In this document: positions 46,315-56,173 of the stretch, one piece after another | Layout of the letters: each line of letters starts with the position of its first letter | How positions within the stretch are numbered: position 1 is the stretch's first letter | Origin: a virus | Lineage: Duplodnaviria > Caudoviricetes | Length of the DNA: 59,922 nucleotides | Strand: one strand, 5' to 3' | Virus record (IMG/VR): IMGVR_UViG_3300032231_000003 | Coordinates: 1-59,922 of that record | The notes under the pieces: model-generated | Seen by the model: the letters and a program-made list of their open reading frames with translations, nothing else | Database searches by the model: none | Told to the model about the DNA's origin: nothing | Program-made: the position numbers and the translations under genes

Positions 46315-47238
46315 GTGGCAGGATTAGATATAATATATAGACCCAATTGTTTCGAACAAATAGTTGGGCACGACGAAACAAAAAATTCTTTAGAAAAATT
46401 ATTAGGAAAAAAAAACAAACCTCAAACCTTTCTGTTTCATGGCCCTTCGGGTTGTGGAAAAACAACTTTTGCTAGAATTATAGGTTCAATCTTAGAATGC
46501 AATCCAATAGATTTCCATGAAATAAATGCTTCTGTGGACAGAGGAATTGATTCTATAAGAGATATTGTTAAAAAAGCTAAATACTATCCTGTTTTAGGTA
46601 AAGTCAGCATATACTTGTTGGACGAAGCACACCAGATTACGGGTGCAGCCCAAAACGCATTACTAAAAATATTAGAGGATGTTCCAAAACACGCCGTTTT
46701 TATTTTATGCACAACAGAGGTGAATAAAATAATTCCCACAGTTAGAAGTAGGTGTGTTATCTACGACATACCCCCTTTAACTAAAAAAGAAACTTTTTTC
46801 TTATTGGACACTGTCTCAAAAAAAGAAAAAGAGACTGTTCTACAGAAAGAAATTAAATTAAAAATTTATGAAATGTCGGAAGGGATGCCAAGAGCCTCTC
46901 TAAAGTTATTAGAAAAGATTATAGACATTAAACACACCAAAGAAAGCTTAAGTTTATTAAGGATAGACCAAGAAAAGGAAGGAGAAATCATTGATTTAGC
47001 CAGAATACTTGTTCATTCTGGAAAAACATGGAGAGATGTTTGTGCCGTTTTGTGTTCTTTAAAAAAGGAAGACCCTGAAAAAATAAGAAGAGTTATTCTT
47101 TCTTATTGTTCCTCTATTCTTCTAAACGGTAGCAGGCAGGAAAAGGCTTCTGTGATTATGAATAATTTTTCAGAACCTTTTTATGACACAGGTTTTCCAG
47201 GAGTAGTTTTGGCTTGTTACGAGTCGTTATTTGTTTAA
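46315..47238 (+). CDS. Clamp loader AAA+ ATPase (DnaX/RFC-like)
   Basis: YRP..F.QIVG, GPSGCGKTT, LDEAH, NALLKILED, SRC motifs. Confidence 0.92.
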   Translation: MAGLDIIYRPNCFEQIVGHDETKNSLEKLLGKKNKPQTFLFHGPSGCGKTTFARIIGSILECNPIDFHEINASVDRGIDSIRDIVKKAKYYPVLGKVSIYLLDEAHQITGAAQNALLKILEDVPKHAVFILCTTEVNKIIPTVRSRCVIYDIPPLTKKETFFLLDTVSKKEKETVLQKEIKLKIYEMSEGMPRASLKLLEKIIDIKHTKESLSLLRIDQEKEGEIIDLARILVHSGKTWRDVCAVLCSLKKEDPEKIRRVILSYCSSILLNGSRQEKASVIMNNFSEPFYDTGFPGVVLACYESLFV

Positions 47239-47249
47239 AGGAGTTTTTT

Positions 47250-47450
47250 ATGATAGAGATTAAAGTTTTTTTTGAAAAAACCATACCAACAGTAGAGTAT
47301 GGTAATACAAAAGTAAATGTAGAGTACAGAAGCACAACAAAAGAGGGGGTAAATGGAAAAGGAATAGAAGAAGAAACAGAACGTTTGTTTTCTATTGCCA
47401 AAAGATTTGTTAACAAAAAAGAACGCATGATAACAAAAGGATATTCTTAA
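47250..47450 (+). CDS. Hypothetical protein
   Basis: ATG 47250 after AAGGAG. Confidence 0.6.
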   Translation: MIEIKVFFEKTIPTVEYGNTKVNVEYRSTTKEGVNGKGIEEETERLFSIAKRFVNKKERMITKGYS

Positions 47451-47473
47451 AATTACTAAGAAAGGGATTTATA

Positions 47474-47908
47474 ATGGATGTAAGTGTTTTTGAAAAAGAT
47501 TCTAGCATTAATCCAAACAGACTGGATGAAGAGTGTTTGAAAATGGCGGGGTTGTTTGCAAAATACTCTGGAAACGTAAGTTTTTTAAACAAGAAAAAAA
47601 TGGTGGCAAAAGAAAATCTAAATTTTATAGAATCTTCTTTAAAAAGAAAAATTCGGAAAAATCCAAAAAAATATGGAATTAATGGATCTCCCACCAATGA
47701 GATAGTGAAGGAGGTGTGTCAAACAAAAAACAGCTATAGAGAAGCATACGACGCCCTAATACAATCTACTTGGGAAGTAGATGAGGCGAACACACTTTTA
47801 GGGACAATCGAAACAAAAAAATACCAGTTGAATAATTTAATTCAATTGTTTCTCTCTGAATATTATATAAACTCAGGGAAAAAAAGAAAAGAAAGGAGGG
47901 TTAAGTAA
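47474..47908 (+). CDS. UvsY-like recombination mediator
   Basis: 144 aa, helical; directly upstream of the SSB and RecA genes. Confidence 0.55.
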   Translation: MDVSVFEKDSSINPNRLDEECLKMAGLFAKYSGNVSFLNKKKMVAKENLNFIESSLKRKIRKNPKKYGINGSPTNEIVKEVCQTKNSYREAYDALIQSTWEVDEANTLLGTIETKKYQLNNLIQLFLSEYYINSGKKRKERRVK

Positions 47909-47953
47909 GAACAAAGTGTTGTGTTTTTTTGTTAATAAATAAAAAGGAAAACC

Positions 47954-48877
47954 ATGATGGCAAAGAAAAATAAAAAGAATGAAAAAAGGAAAATGAAAGA
48001 AAGATTGCGAAAAAGAGTAGAAGAAGCAATTAAAAAAAGTAAAGGAGGTACACGGTACTTCACAAAAGAGGCAGAGACCTTTGTGATAAAAAAAGGTGTT
48101 AGACACTTAATTGACATCATTCCTTTTATTAATGCGAAGGGAGAAGAAGAGTATAAAAAGGATTTTTGGGTACATAGAAATATAGGCCCAGAAAACAAGA
48201 CCATTGTTTGCCTAAAAACAATTGGAAAGAAATGTCCGATTTGTGAAAAAGTGGATGATGATAATTATGCAGAAATAGGGGCCAAGCCCCGAACACTATA
48301 CAACGTTATAGAATGCAATGACAAAAAAAGAGAAATCAAGGTGTGGGACATCAGCTACCACATGTTTGAAAGGCTGATGATGGAAGAAATAGAAGAGCAA
48401 AGAGAAGAGGGAAACGATTTCCTCGCTTTTGCCGATCTAGAAGATGGCGCATCCATCTCATTTAAAGGTAAAGAAAAAACCTTTAAAGGGGGGAAGTTCG
48501 TCACCCCAAACAAGATTGAATTTCAAGAAAGAGATGAAGCTTATGATGAAGAAATTCTGGAAGAAGTGCATAATTTGGATGAAATTTTAGAAATTTTGCC
48601 CTATAAAAAAATAAAAACCCTCTTTAGGTTTGAAGAAGGTGATGAAGAGGACGAAAAGGAACCAGAGGACGACGACGAAGAAGAAAACGATAATGAGGAA
48701 GATGGGGAAGAAGAGGAAGAAGACATAGACGAATGCCCCTATGAACATGAAATGGGCAAGTCTTTCAAAAAGGAAGAAGATTGTTCTGATTGTGAAGAAG
48801 ACTTTGAAGAGTTCTTCTCTTCCTGTAAAAAAATGAAAAAGGAAATGTCTAAAAATGTAAAAAAGAAAAAGAAGTAA
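47954..48877 (+). CDS. Single-stranded DNA-binding protein (gp32-like)
   Basis: WVH..C......CPIC Zn motif; acidic tail. Confidence 0.75.
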   Translation: MMAKKNKKNEKRKMKERLRKRVEEAIKKSKGGTRYFTKEAETFVIKKGVRHLIDIIPFINAKGEEEYKKDFWVHRNIGPENKTIVCLKTIGKKCPICEKVDDDNYAEIGAKPRTLYNVIECNDKKREIKVWDISYHMFERLMMEEIEEQREEGNDFLAFADLEDGASISFKGKEKTFKGGKFVTPNKIEFQERDEAYDEEILEEVHNLDEILEILPYKKIKTLFRFEEGDEEDEKEPEDDDEEENDNEEDGEEEEEDIDECPYEHEMGKSFKKEEDCSDCEEDFEEFFSSCKKMKKEMSKNVKKKKK

Positions 48878-48894
48878 TAAAGGTTCAGCATGAC

Positions 48895-49896
48895 ATGAAA
48901 AGATTAATAAATAATAAGGAGGTTAAGAAGGAGAGAATTAAGTTCTCTCCTTCGGGAACAACTTTAATGGATCTTTCCATTAAAAAAGGACTGCCCTTTG
49001 GAAGAATAATAACTCTTGCTGGTGATTATTCAACAGGGAAAAGCTTTCTTGCCAGCGATTTTATTGCCGCTGGTAGGAAAAAATATGGGAAAAATTTCAG
49101 ATGGTTCTATGATGATGTAGAAGCTGGACACAACTTTTCAGAAAATCTTTTTGGGTTTAGTTTAATTCCTTCCGATCAAGAATCCAGCTCCACTCTGGAG
49201 CACTTTATCACTAACATAAAGGATAAAGTTAAGAAATTAAAAAAAGGACAAAAATTTATTTATGTTCTTGACTCACTTGATGCTCTACCGACAAAAAAAG
49301 AAAGAGAGGGGTTTGACGAAGAAAAAGATTCCAGTTCCGGATACAATTTAGACAAACAAAAAAAGTTAAGTGCCTTCTTTCGTGTAATAAGCGATATTAT
49401 CGCACAGAAAAACTTTATTCTGGTTATTGTTTCTCAACTAAGGGAAAACATAGGAGGGGGTTTATTCTCCCCTAAATACAAAAAGTCAGGGGGGAAAGCA
49501 CCAGACTATTATAGCAGTGTTACTTTTTGGTTGTACAAATCGGAAGTATTGCTAAAAAAAAACAAAGCGGTTGGGGTGTCGATAAAAGTAAAAAACACAA
49601 AAAACAAAATAGGGCCACCCTTTAGGGATGTTTTCCTTAATCTGTTTTTTGAATATGGAATTGATAACATTAGTTCCAACATAGACTATTTGTTTGGGTT
49701 GAAATCCTCTAATGGAAAAATAAGCAAAAAAAAATCCGAAAAAATAAAATGGGAAGGAAAAAATTTCAAAAGAGAGGAACTTATTTTGTTTGTTGAGGAT
49801 AACAACCAAGAAGACCTTTTAGAAAAAAAAGTAAAAGAGAGGTGGGAAAGAGAAGAGAAAGAAAGTTCCACGCAAAGAAAGAGCAAATATGAGTAA
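48895..49896 (+). CDS. recA: RecA/UvsX-like recombinase
   Basis: GDYSTGKS, VLDSL, SQLRENIG, SGGKA, KNK..PPFR motifs. Confidence 0.9.
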   Translation: MKRLINNKEVKKERIKFSPSGTTLMDLSIKKGLPFGRIITLAGDYSTGKSFLASDFIAAGRKKYGKNFRWFYDDVEAGHNFSENLFGFSLIPSDQESSSTLEHFITNIKDKVKKLKKGQKFIYVLDSLDALPTKKEREGFDEEKDSSSGYNLDKQKKLSAFFRVISDIIAQKNFILVIVSQLRENIGGGLFSPKYKKSGGKAPDYYSSVTFWLYKSEVLLKKNKAVGVSIKVKNTKNKIGPPFRDVFLNLFFEYGIDNISSNIDYLFGLKSSNGKISKKKSEKIKWEGKNFKREELILFVEDNNQEDLLEKKVKERWEREEKESSTQRKSKYE

Positions 49897-50395
49897 GAAA
49901 GGAAAAAACAAAGGAAGTCGATTTGAAAGAGAGATTTGTAAAAGCCTCTCTTTATGGATAAGTGAGGGAAGAAAAAAAGATTTATTTTGGAGGTCTGCCA
50001 TGTCAGGTGGCAGAGCCACCGTTTTTCAAAAGAAAGGAGAGTTATTAAAAAATCAAAGTGGGGATATTTCCTCTATATCACAAGAAGGAATGTGTTTAAC
50101 AAACGCTCTTTATATAGAATGTAAGTTTTATAAAAATTTACAACTAAGTTCTTTTTTTTTAAACAGAAAAGGAAATCTATACAAATTTTGGAAAGAGACA
50201 ATCAGACAAGCGAATATTTATAAAAAGATTCCTTTTCTGATTGCTAAACAAAACAACCAAAAGACAATACTTTTGACAACACAAAAAATAAATAAATTTC
50301 TACACGTGAAAGTACGATTTAGAAAAATATTAATAAACAGCAACACGTTGATTTTTGTTTTTGAAGACATTTTGAAAAACACAACTTTTAAATAA
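49889..50395 (+). CDS. Holliday junction resolvase (PD-(D/E)XK)
   Basis: KGSRFERE, SGG, GDI, IECK motifs. Confidence 0.82.
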   Translation: MSKKGKNKGSRFEREICKSLSLWISEGRKKDLFWRSAMSGGRATVFQKKGELLKNQSGDISSISQEGMCLTNALYIECKFYKNLQLSSFFLNRKGNLYKFWKETIRQANIYKKIPFLIAKQNNQKTILLTTQKINKFLHVKVRFRKILINSNTLIFVFEDILKNTTFK

Positions 50396-50408
50396 GGAAA
50401 ATAAAAAG

Positions 50409-50801
50409 ATGAATAAAGCAGAAATTGAATTCACTACAAATAGAGTGGAAAGAATAAAAAAAGAGAAAAAAAAGGAAGTAACAAGCCTTTACACAAAAAA
50501 AGGCAAATCACTTTCAAATTTACAAAAAACCCAACTTATTTATAAAGGAGAAGTCAAACTTATTTCGGAAGAGGTGGTAATAGACAGAATAATCAGAAAC
50601 AGTTACTCGCAAAACCTAGCTTTTTGGAATTGTTTTGATTTTTCATATTTAGAAGCAAAAGATGTTTTGGATGAAGAGAAGATAGAAGTGCTTCACGCTC
50701 AAATAGAAAAAGACGCAAACCAACTTTTGGAAAAAATAATTATTGGTAAGTGTGAGACACTTTCTCTTTTGTCTGCTTTTGAAGGAACTGTTTATAAATA
50801 A
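50409..50801 (+). CDS. Hypothetical protein
   Basis: 130 aa; AAGGA RBS. Confidence 0.65.
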   Translation: MNKAEIEFTTNRVERIKKEKKKEVTSLYTKKGKSLSNLQKTQLIYKGEVKLISEEVVIDRIIRNSYSQNLAFWNCFDFSYLEAKDVLDEEKIEVLHAQIEKDANQLLEKIIIGKCETLSLLSAFEGTVYK

Positions 50802-50817
50802 AAAAAGGAATTTAGTA

Positions 50818-51273
50818 GTGCTTAATGCAGAAAGACAACTAACAAAAAACTTTAAATTATCGGAGTTTGCTGTTTCTGCAAACCATCCCAATCTTATAAA
50901 AGACACGCTTCTTAGTGAAAAAGAAGTCACCAAACTTTATTTTTTATCTAAAACCATTCTTGAACCTACAAGAGAATTTTCAAATCATGGTTATGCTTGT
51001 TGGGGAGGGTTAATCATAACGTCAGGAAAAAGAACAAAGGTGTTAAACAAAAAAGAAGGGGGAAGTATCAGTTCAGATCACCTATTTGAGGGCTATTCCT
51101 GTGCTTGCGATTTTTACTTAAGCTTGTGTAATGAGGAGCTTATTAAAGTTTATGATTACATGAAAAGACAAGTACCTTCTTTTGGACAATTAATCTATTA
51201 CCCAAAAAAAGGTATTATCCATGTTTCTCTACCTACAGAGAAACATCAAGGAGAATCTTGGATAGAAAACTAG
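50818..51273 (+). CDS. Peptidase M15A family (putative endolysin)
   Basis: NFKLSEF, ITSG.R, S.H....ACD, IHVS Zn motifs. Confidence 0.82.
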   Translation: MLNAERQLTKNFKLSEFAVSANHPNLIKDTLLSEKEVTKLYFLSKTILEPTREFSNHGYACWGGLIITSGKRTKVLNKKEGGSISSDHLFEGYSCACDFYLSLCNEELIKVYDYMKRQVPSFGQLIYYPKKGIIHVSLPTEKHQGESWIEN

Positions 51274-51300
51274 AACATTAGAAAGGTAAAAAAGGTAAAA

Positions 51301-51732
51301 ATGTACAAAACAATTCAAGGTACGTTTCCAATACAATATGAAGAGTGTTCCTTCAAATATCGTTTGGTGCAAACAGGAAGTATTTTTACAAGTTGTCTTC
51401 CTCCTTCGAAAAAAATAAAAAGCGAGTTTGTTAAATTTGAAAAAGCGATTCCCCCCCGAGAAGGACTTTTAACGATAAGTTCCGGTTTTTGTTGGGACGG
51501 GCCAAGTGGCCCCACAATAGACACTGACACTTTCATGTTGGGGGCTTTAGCCCATGATGCTTTATATTACCTAATCAGGGAAGGTAAGCTTCCTATGTCC
51601 TACAGAAAGCTTGCCGATAAAGAGCTTTTCTTGCTCTGTAGAGCTCGTGGTATGAGTGCGTTTAGGGCTTCTTACGTTTATCAAGCTGTTCGTCTCTTTG
51701 GAAGAAGCAGCGCGATAAAAAAGAACACGTAA
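51301..51732 (+). CDS. DUF1353-like protein
   Basis: GFCWDGPS, AHDALY, AD, Y.AVRLFG motifs. Confidence 0.78.
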   Translation: MYKTIQGTFPIQYEECSFKYRLVQTGSIFTSCLPPSKKIKSEFVKFEKAIPPREGLLTISSGFCWDGPSGPTIDTDTFMLGALAHDALYYLIREGKLPMSYRKLADKELFLLCRARGMSAFRASYVYQAVRLFGRSSAIKKNT

Positions 51733-51733
51733 G

Positions 51734-52786
51734 ATGATAAAAAAAATAGAAATAAAAAACTTTCTAAGTCATGCCGAAACAAAACTTGTTCTTAATCCAG
51801 GAGTTAACGTTATTGTCGGAAGTGGAGGTTCCGGCAAAAGCTCAATAGTCAGAGCTTTGTTTTGGTGTATCTTTAACAAACCCGTGGGAGATTCTTTTAT
51901 TTCTTGGGGAGAAAAGGAAGCAAAAATAAAACTAACCGTAAAAGAGGGAATTGTTATAAGAAAAAAATCCTCTTCTTTTAATGGATACGTTGTTAAAAAG
52001 GGAAGGTCTCTTTTTAACATGAGAGCAATAGGAACAACCGTTCCTAACGAAGTAAACGCGGTTCTTAACATGAAAGAACTGAATGTTCAACAACAAGACG
52101 ACTCCCCCTACTTTATAGGGGAGTCGTCCAAAATAGGGGAAAAGCTGGCAGAAGCCGCTAATCTAACAATAATTCCTAAATCTCTGATACACATTAAAAG
52201 AGAAATAAATGAAACAAAAAAAGAAATTAGTTTTTTAAAAAATGAACTTGCTATTAATCAAAATAAATTAAAAAAATATAAGGGAATTAACACCCTTTCT
52301 CTGACAGCAAAACAAATAAATAAAAGGAAAGAAGAACTAAAAAAGAAAAAAGAAAAAGTAGAAAAAATAGAAAAAATAATTTTAAAAAGAGAGTGTCTGA
52401 AAAAAGAAAACACAAGAAGAAAGAGTTTGGTTCAACACAAAGAATCCATTATTCTTCTGGATAAAAGAAACTGTGAATTTAAAAAGACAAAAAAAAGGAA
52501 AGAAAAGCTTTTACACATAACAAAAGATTACAAAAAAATACTGCCTTTTTTGGATAAACTAAAAAGTTTCAAACAAGACAAAACTAAGGTAAATCTTTTA
52601 GTAGAAAAATTAAAAGAAAAGAACAAAAAACAAGAAAAATTAAAAGAAATACACTATCTGATTAAAAAAATAAAAGAATACACACAAGAAAAAGATTATT
52701 TAATTTCTAAAATAAACGCTGCAAAAGACACCTTCAACAAGAAAATGCCTAAAATTTGCCCATTATGTGGAAGAGGGGAAAAATGA
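51734..52786 (+). CDS. Rad50/SbcC-like ATPase, N-terminal half
   Basis: IKNFLSH, Walker A GSGGSGKS, Q-loop, coiled coil; ends at the Zn hook CPLCG. Confidence 0.88.
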   Translation: MIKKIEIKNFLSHAETKLVLNPGVNVIVGSGGSGKSSIVRALFWCIFNKPVGDSFISWGEKEAKIKLTVKEGIVIRKKSSSFNGYVVKKGRSLFNMRAIGTTVPNEVNAVLNMKELNVQQQDDSPYFIGESSKIGEKLAEAANLTIIPKSLIHIKREINETKKEISFLKNELAINQNKLKKYKGINTLSLTAKQINKRKEELKKKKEKVEKIEKIILKRECLKKENTRRKSLVQHKESIILLDKRNCEFKKTKKRKEKLLHITKDYKKILPFLDKLKSFKQDKTKVNLLVEKLKEKNKKQEKLKEIHYLIKKIKEYTQEKDYLISKINAAKDTFNKKMPKICPLCGRGEK

Positions 52787-53046
52787 AAAAACGAATAAAC
52801 AATAAAAAAAACACACAAATTTCTTTCGAAGTAGAAGAAGTGATTATTTACAAAAATATAACGAATTGTTATAACATTGAATTTATAACCAATCTGCCCT
52901 ATAAAGGAAACACACACTCAAATAAACAGAAAAATAAACAAGTAGTGACAACTACTGTTTGGTCTGATAATCCCGACCAATATATTAAAAATGAATTAAA
53001 ACTAAATGTCCCTGTAAAAAGAAAAAAAAGAAGACCTGTTTTTTAA
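52783..53046 (+). CDS. Hypothetical protein
   Basis: ATGA-coupled; GAGGGG RBS. Confidence 0.6.
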   Translation: MKKRINNKKNTQISFEVEEVIIYKNITNCYNIEFITNLPYKGNTHSNKQKNKQVVTTTVWSDNPDQYIKNELKLNVPVKRKKRRPVF

Positions 53047-53061
53047 CTAGGAATTATTTCA

Positions 53062-54018
53062 ATGAAAAAAAAGAATAAAGAAAGACCTGATGCCATACTA
53101 ACGGGCGACATCCATTTAAGAGAAACTTCCCCTGTTTGTAGAACCGACAATTTTTTTAAAACACAAGAAAAAAAATTACAATTTATAAAAAACCTACAAA
53201 ACGAGAATGAACAAATTCCTGTTTTAGATTCAGGAGATATTTTTGATTCTCCTAAACCATCTAACTATCTTGTAGGATGGGCCTTGGAACACTTACCAAG
53301 TCCTTTTATCTCTGTTTGTGGGAATCATGACATCCCCAATCATGATTTGAAACTCCTTAGTAAATCGGGGGTAAATGTCTTAAACAAAGCAAAAACAGGA
53401 CAAACAGTTATTTCTAAGCTGGCATACGAGGATATTACTTTTAGATGTAGGGAAGACAGTTCTATTTTAATAAAAGTAAGTGGTATTCCTTGGGAAAAAA
53501 AAGAAAAACTGGATAAAAAGATAAAAAAAGATGAAAAAATAAAAAGAGTGCTACTTACCCACTGTCCCACCTATAAAAAAAAGGTCTTATGGAAAGGAAT
53601 GAAGGCCATAAAAGCGGATATTCTTTTACAGAAATTACATTTATTTGATTTAGTAGTAACAGGACATATCCATTTGCCCTATTCTCTTAAAACGAATAAA
53701 AATGTTTTGGTAAACCCCGGCTCTTTGACTAGAACCACCATAGCACAACTGGAACACACACCAAGAGTTTACTTCTGGTATGCAAAAAGTAACAGAATAA
53801 AAAAAGTTTTTTTACCTATTGAAAAGAATGTTATGGATTTAGAAATAATAGACGACAAAGAAAAAGAAGAGCTTTTAAATCAGTTTATGGAGGAAATGAC
53901 TAATAAATCACAAATAGGTATTGATTTTGAAGAAAACGTGTCGCATTTTCTGTCAAAAAACAAAATAAATAAAAAAACAAAAAGCATAGTGAAGGAGATT
54001 TTATGGAAAGTGGGTTAA
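53062..54018 (+). CDS. Mre11/SbcD-like metallophosphoesterase nuclease
   Basis: GDIH, GDIFD, GNHD, GHIH, NPGS motifs. Confidence 0.9.
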   Translation: MKKKNKERPDAILTGDIHLRETSPVCRTDNFFKTQEKKLQFIKNLQNENEQIPVLDSGDIFDSPKPSNYLVGWALEHLPSPFISVCGNHDIPNHDLKLLSKSGVNVLNKAKTGQTVISKLAYEDITFRCREDSSILIKVSGIPWEKKEKLDKKIKKDEKIKRVLLTHCPTYKKKVLWKGMKAIKADILLQKLHLFDLVVTGHIHLPYSLKTNKNVLVNPGSLTRTTIAQLEHTPRVYFWYAKSNRIKKVFLPIEKNVMDLEIIDDKEKEELLNQFMEEMTNKSQIGIDFEENVSHFLSKNKINKKTKSIVKEILWKVG

Positions 54019-54248
54019 TAGAAAGTGAGTTGATGGAACTAAAAGCAAAAATTGAACAAATGGAAAAAAGGTTAAACGAAAGCAGGGGAGTGGAGCGGGC
54101 ATTATTAGACCAATTAAAAACATTAAACATTTCTTCTTTTAAAGAGGCTGAAACAATACTGTGGGAATTAGAAAAAACAATAAAAAAGGAAGAAAAAAAA
54201 TTACAGGAAGAATTAGAAGAACTTATGGATAAATTTTATGAGAATTAA
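54003..54248 (+). CDS. Short coiled-coil protein
   Basis: 81 aa with a heptad pattern; AAGGAG RBS. Confidence 0.72.
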   Translation: MESGLIESELMELKAKIEQMEKRLNESRGVERALLDQLKTLNISSFKEAETILWELEKTIKKEEKKLQEELEELMDKFYEN

Positions 54249-54837
54249 TGATATAATAAGAGAATTACAAACTAGATTAGGACAAAAAAAAGAAATACAA
54301 AAAGACATCATTGTAAAAAAAAAGAAAATAAAAGAATTACAAACTGTACTTTTGCATCAGGAAGAAGCACAAAAAATATTAATTGATGTGAGTAACAAAA
54401 CACAAGAAAAATTAAATTATAATTTGAGTGAGCTTACTTCCTTGTGTTTAAACACAGTAATGAAAGAAGATTACAAATTTAAGTTTAATTTTGAATCTAA
54501 ACGGGGAAAGGTGGAAGGGGTTCCCTTTTTCGTGAAAGGTCAGCGTTTAGTCAAGCCTTGTTTTGATGGAGGAAGCCCTAAGGATATAGCTTCTTTTTCT
54601 TTGCGTATTTCTTCTTGGAAGTTACTGATAAAAAAAACAAGAAATACTTTCATTTTGGATGAACCATTCAAAAATGTGAGTAAAGACCTACAGCCTCAAC
54701 TTTGTAAAATCATACAAAGAATTAGTAAAGATTTTGGGATACAGTTTATCATTGTGTCACACAACGAAGAACTGATTAAAAGTGCTGATAAAATATTTGT
54801 CTGCACAAAGAAAAAAGGTATTACTGATTGTAAATAA
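54238..54837 (+). CDS. Rad50/SbcC-like ATPase, C-terminal half
   Basis: Degenerate signature DGG, Walker B ILDEPF, H-loop IVSH. Confidence 0.85.
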   Translation: MRINDIIRELQTRLGQKKEIQKDIIVKKKKIKELQTVLLHQEEAQKILIDVSNKTQEKLNYNLSELTSLCLNTVMKEDYKFKFNFESKRGKVEGVPFFVKGQRLVKPCFDGGSPKDIASFSLRISSWKLLIKKTRNTFILDEPFKNVSKDLQPQLCKIIQRISKDFGIQFIIVSHNEELIKSADKIFVCTKKKGITDCK

Positions 54838-54933
54838 TTTTTAAGAAAGAAATAAAGAAAAAATAAAAACGTGTAATTTTAGAATTAGAACGTTAAAAAC
54901 AAAAAAAGGAATTAAAGGAGTTTATTACAAAAA

Positions 54934-55158
54934 ATGAATAAAGGTCAAATCTTCTATAAGACCTCAGATCTTTTTGAAAACATCCAGAAAATAAGAATAG
55001 AGGGAAAGGAAAACAAAAGAATAAGATATACTGTTTTAAAAGATGGAAAAAATTCACTCATATTTTCCAGATCAGAAACAGAACTTACAAAAGAAATACA
55101 CAGCTCAATGAAAAAAGCACTCTCTTTTTTAGTGCCTCAAAAAATAAAAGAAGAATAA
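54934..55158 (+). CDS. Hypothetical protein
   Basis: 74 aa; AAGGAG RBS. Confidence 0.6.
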   Translation: MNKGQIFYKTSDLFENIQKIRIEGKENKRIRYTVLKDGKNSLIFSRSETELTKEIHSSMKKALSFLVPQKIKEE

Positions 55159-55163
55159 ATTAA

Positions 55164-55694
55164 ATGAGATGGTTTAGAGTAGACCCTTTTTTAAATGTTA
55201 TTTCAGTTACCTTTGTCAAAGAAACAAAAACCCTAATTTTTACCAAACCCATTGGGGGAAATAAAGAAAAAAAATACAAAAAGAGTGGTATTTTTTATAA
55301 ATTTTTTTCTAACAAACAAGAAGCTTTTCTTTTTTGTAGAGAAAAATCCGAATCCAAAATAAACTTTGAAAAAAATAAAATAAAAAGAATCAAAAAAGAA
55401 ATTAAAGAACTTTTTCGGTTTTACAAAAAATGCAAAAAAATTAAAAAAAAGGAAAACTTCTTTTTTAAAGTGTGTTCTTTTGAATTGTTCTTTATTGAAA
55501 TAACACTGAGTGAAAAAACAGATAAAGGGTATTGTCGACTATTTAAAGAAAAAAAAGATTTTTTGCATTTTATTAGAAAAAAAACAAGAAAACAGTTATT
55601 TTTTTACAAAAGAAAAATTAAAGAAAGTGAATCAACTATTCAAAAGTATGACTTTTTCATTATGAGAGGGGAAGAGAATGACAAAAAAAATTAA
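55164..55694 (+). CDS. Hypothetical Lys/Phe-rich protein
   Basis: 176-aa ORF in the operon. Confidence 0.6.
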   Translation: MRWFRVDPFLNVISVTFVKETKTLIFTKPIGGNKEKKYKKSGIFYKFFSNKQEAFLFCREKSESKINFEKNKIKRIKKEIKELFRFYKKCKKIKKKENFFFKVCSFELFFIEITLSEKTDKGYCRLFKEKKDFLHFIRKKTRKQLFFYKRKIKESESTIQKYDFFIMRGEENDKKN

Positions 55695-56103
55695 TCTAAT
55701 GCTAGAAAACAAAGAAAATAAAAAAATAAAGGTCATAAGGGTCTTTGATAAGAAAAACAGACTTAATCTTAGACACACTGTTACTAAAAAACAAGATTCT
55801 ATTCACATAGAAGCTATAAAAGTAAACACAAAAAGAACGTCTTCTATTATAGTAAACTATACAATAGAAGACGTGCCAAAAGAACAAGATTTTTATTTAG
55901 TCTTTTGTCCCTCTTGTGGTAATTTCCAAAAGGAATGGCTTACTTTAAACCCTTTGATTGGAGTGTCTTTGAATAAAGCCACACAAGGCCCTCCCTTGTT
56001 TGTTTGTAGTTGTGGAGTGGTTTTTATTGCTCAAAGTGTGTTGGAGCAAATCAATAGACAAAGAAAGACATCTATTGTTTTACCCTCAAATATTGTAAGA
56101 TAA
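55678..56103 (+). CDS. Hypothetical Zn-ribbon protein
   Basis: CPSC...CSCG. Confidence 0.65.
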   Translation: MTKKINLMLENKENKKIKVIRVFDKKNRLNLRHTVTKKQDSIHIEAIKVNTKRTSSIIVNYTIEDVPKEQDFYLVFCPSCGNFQKEWLTLNPLIGVSLNKATQGPPLFVCSCGVVFIAQSVLEQINRQRKTSIVLPSNIVR

Positions 56104-56173
56104 AAAAGGAACTTACCACACAAAAGTAGCGGAAAACACTTCTACCACCTCTATCATATGGAGAAAAAGAAAC

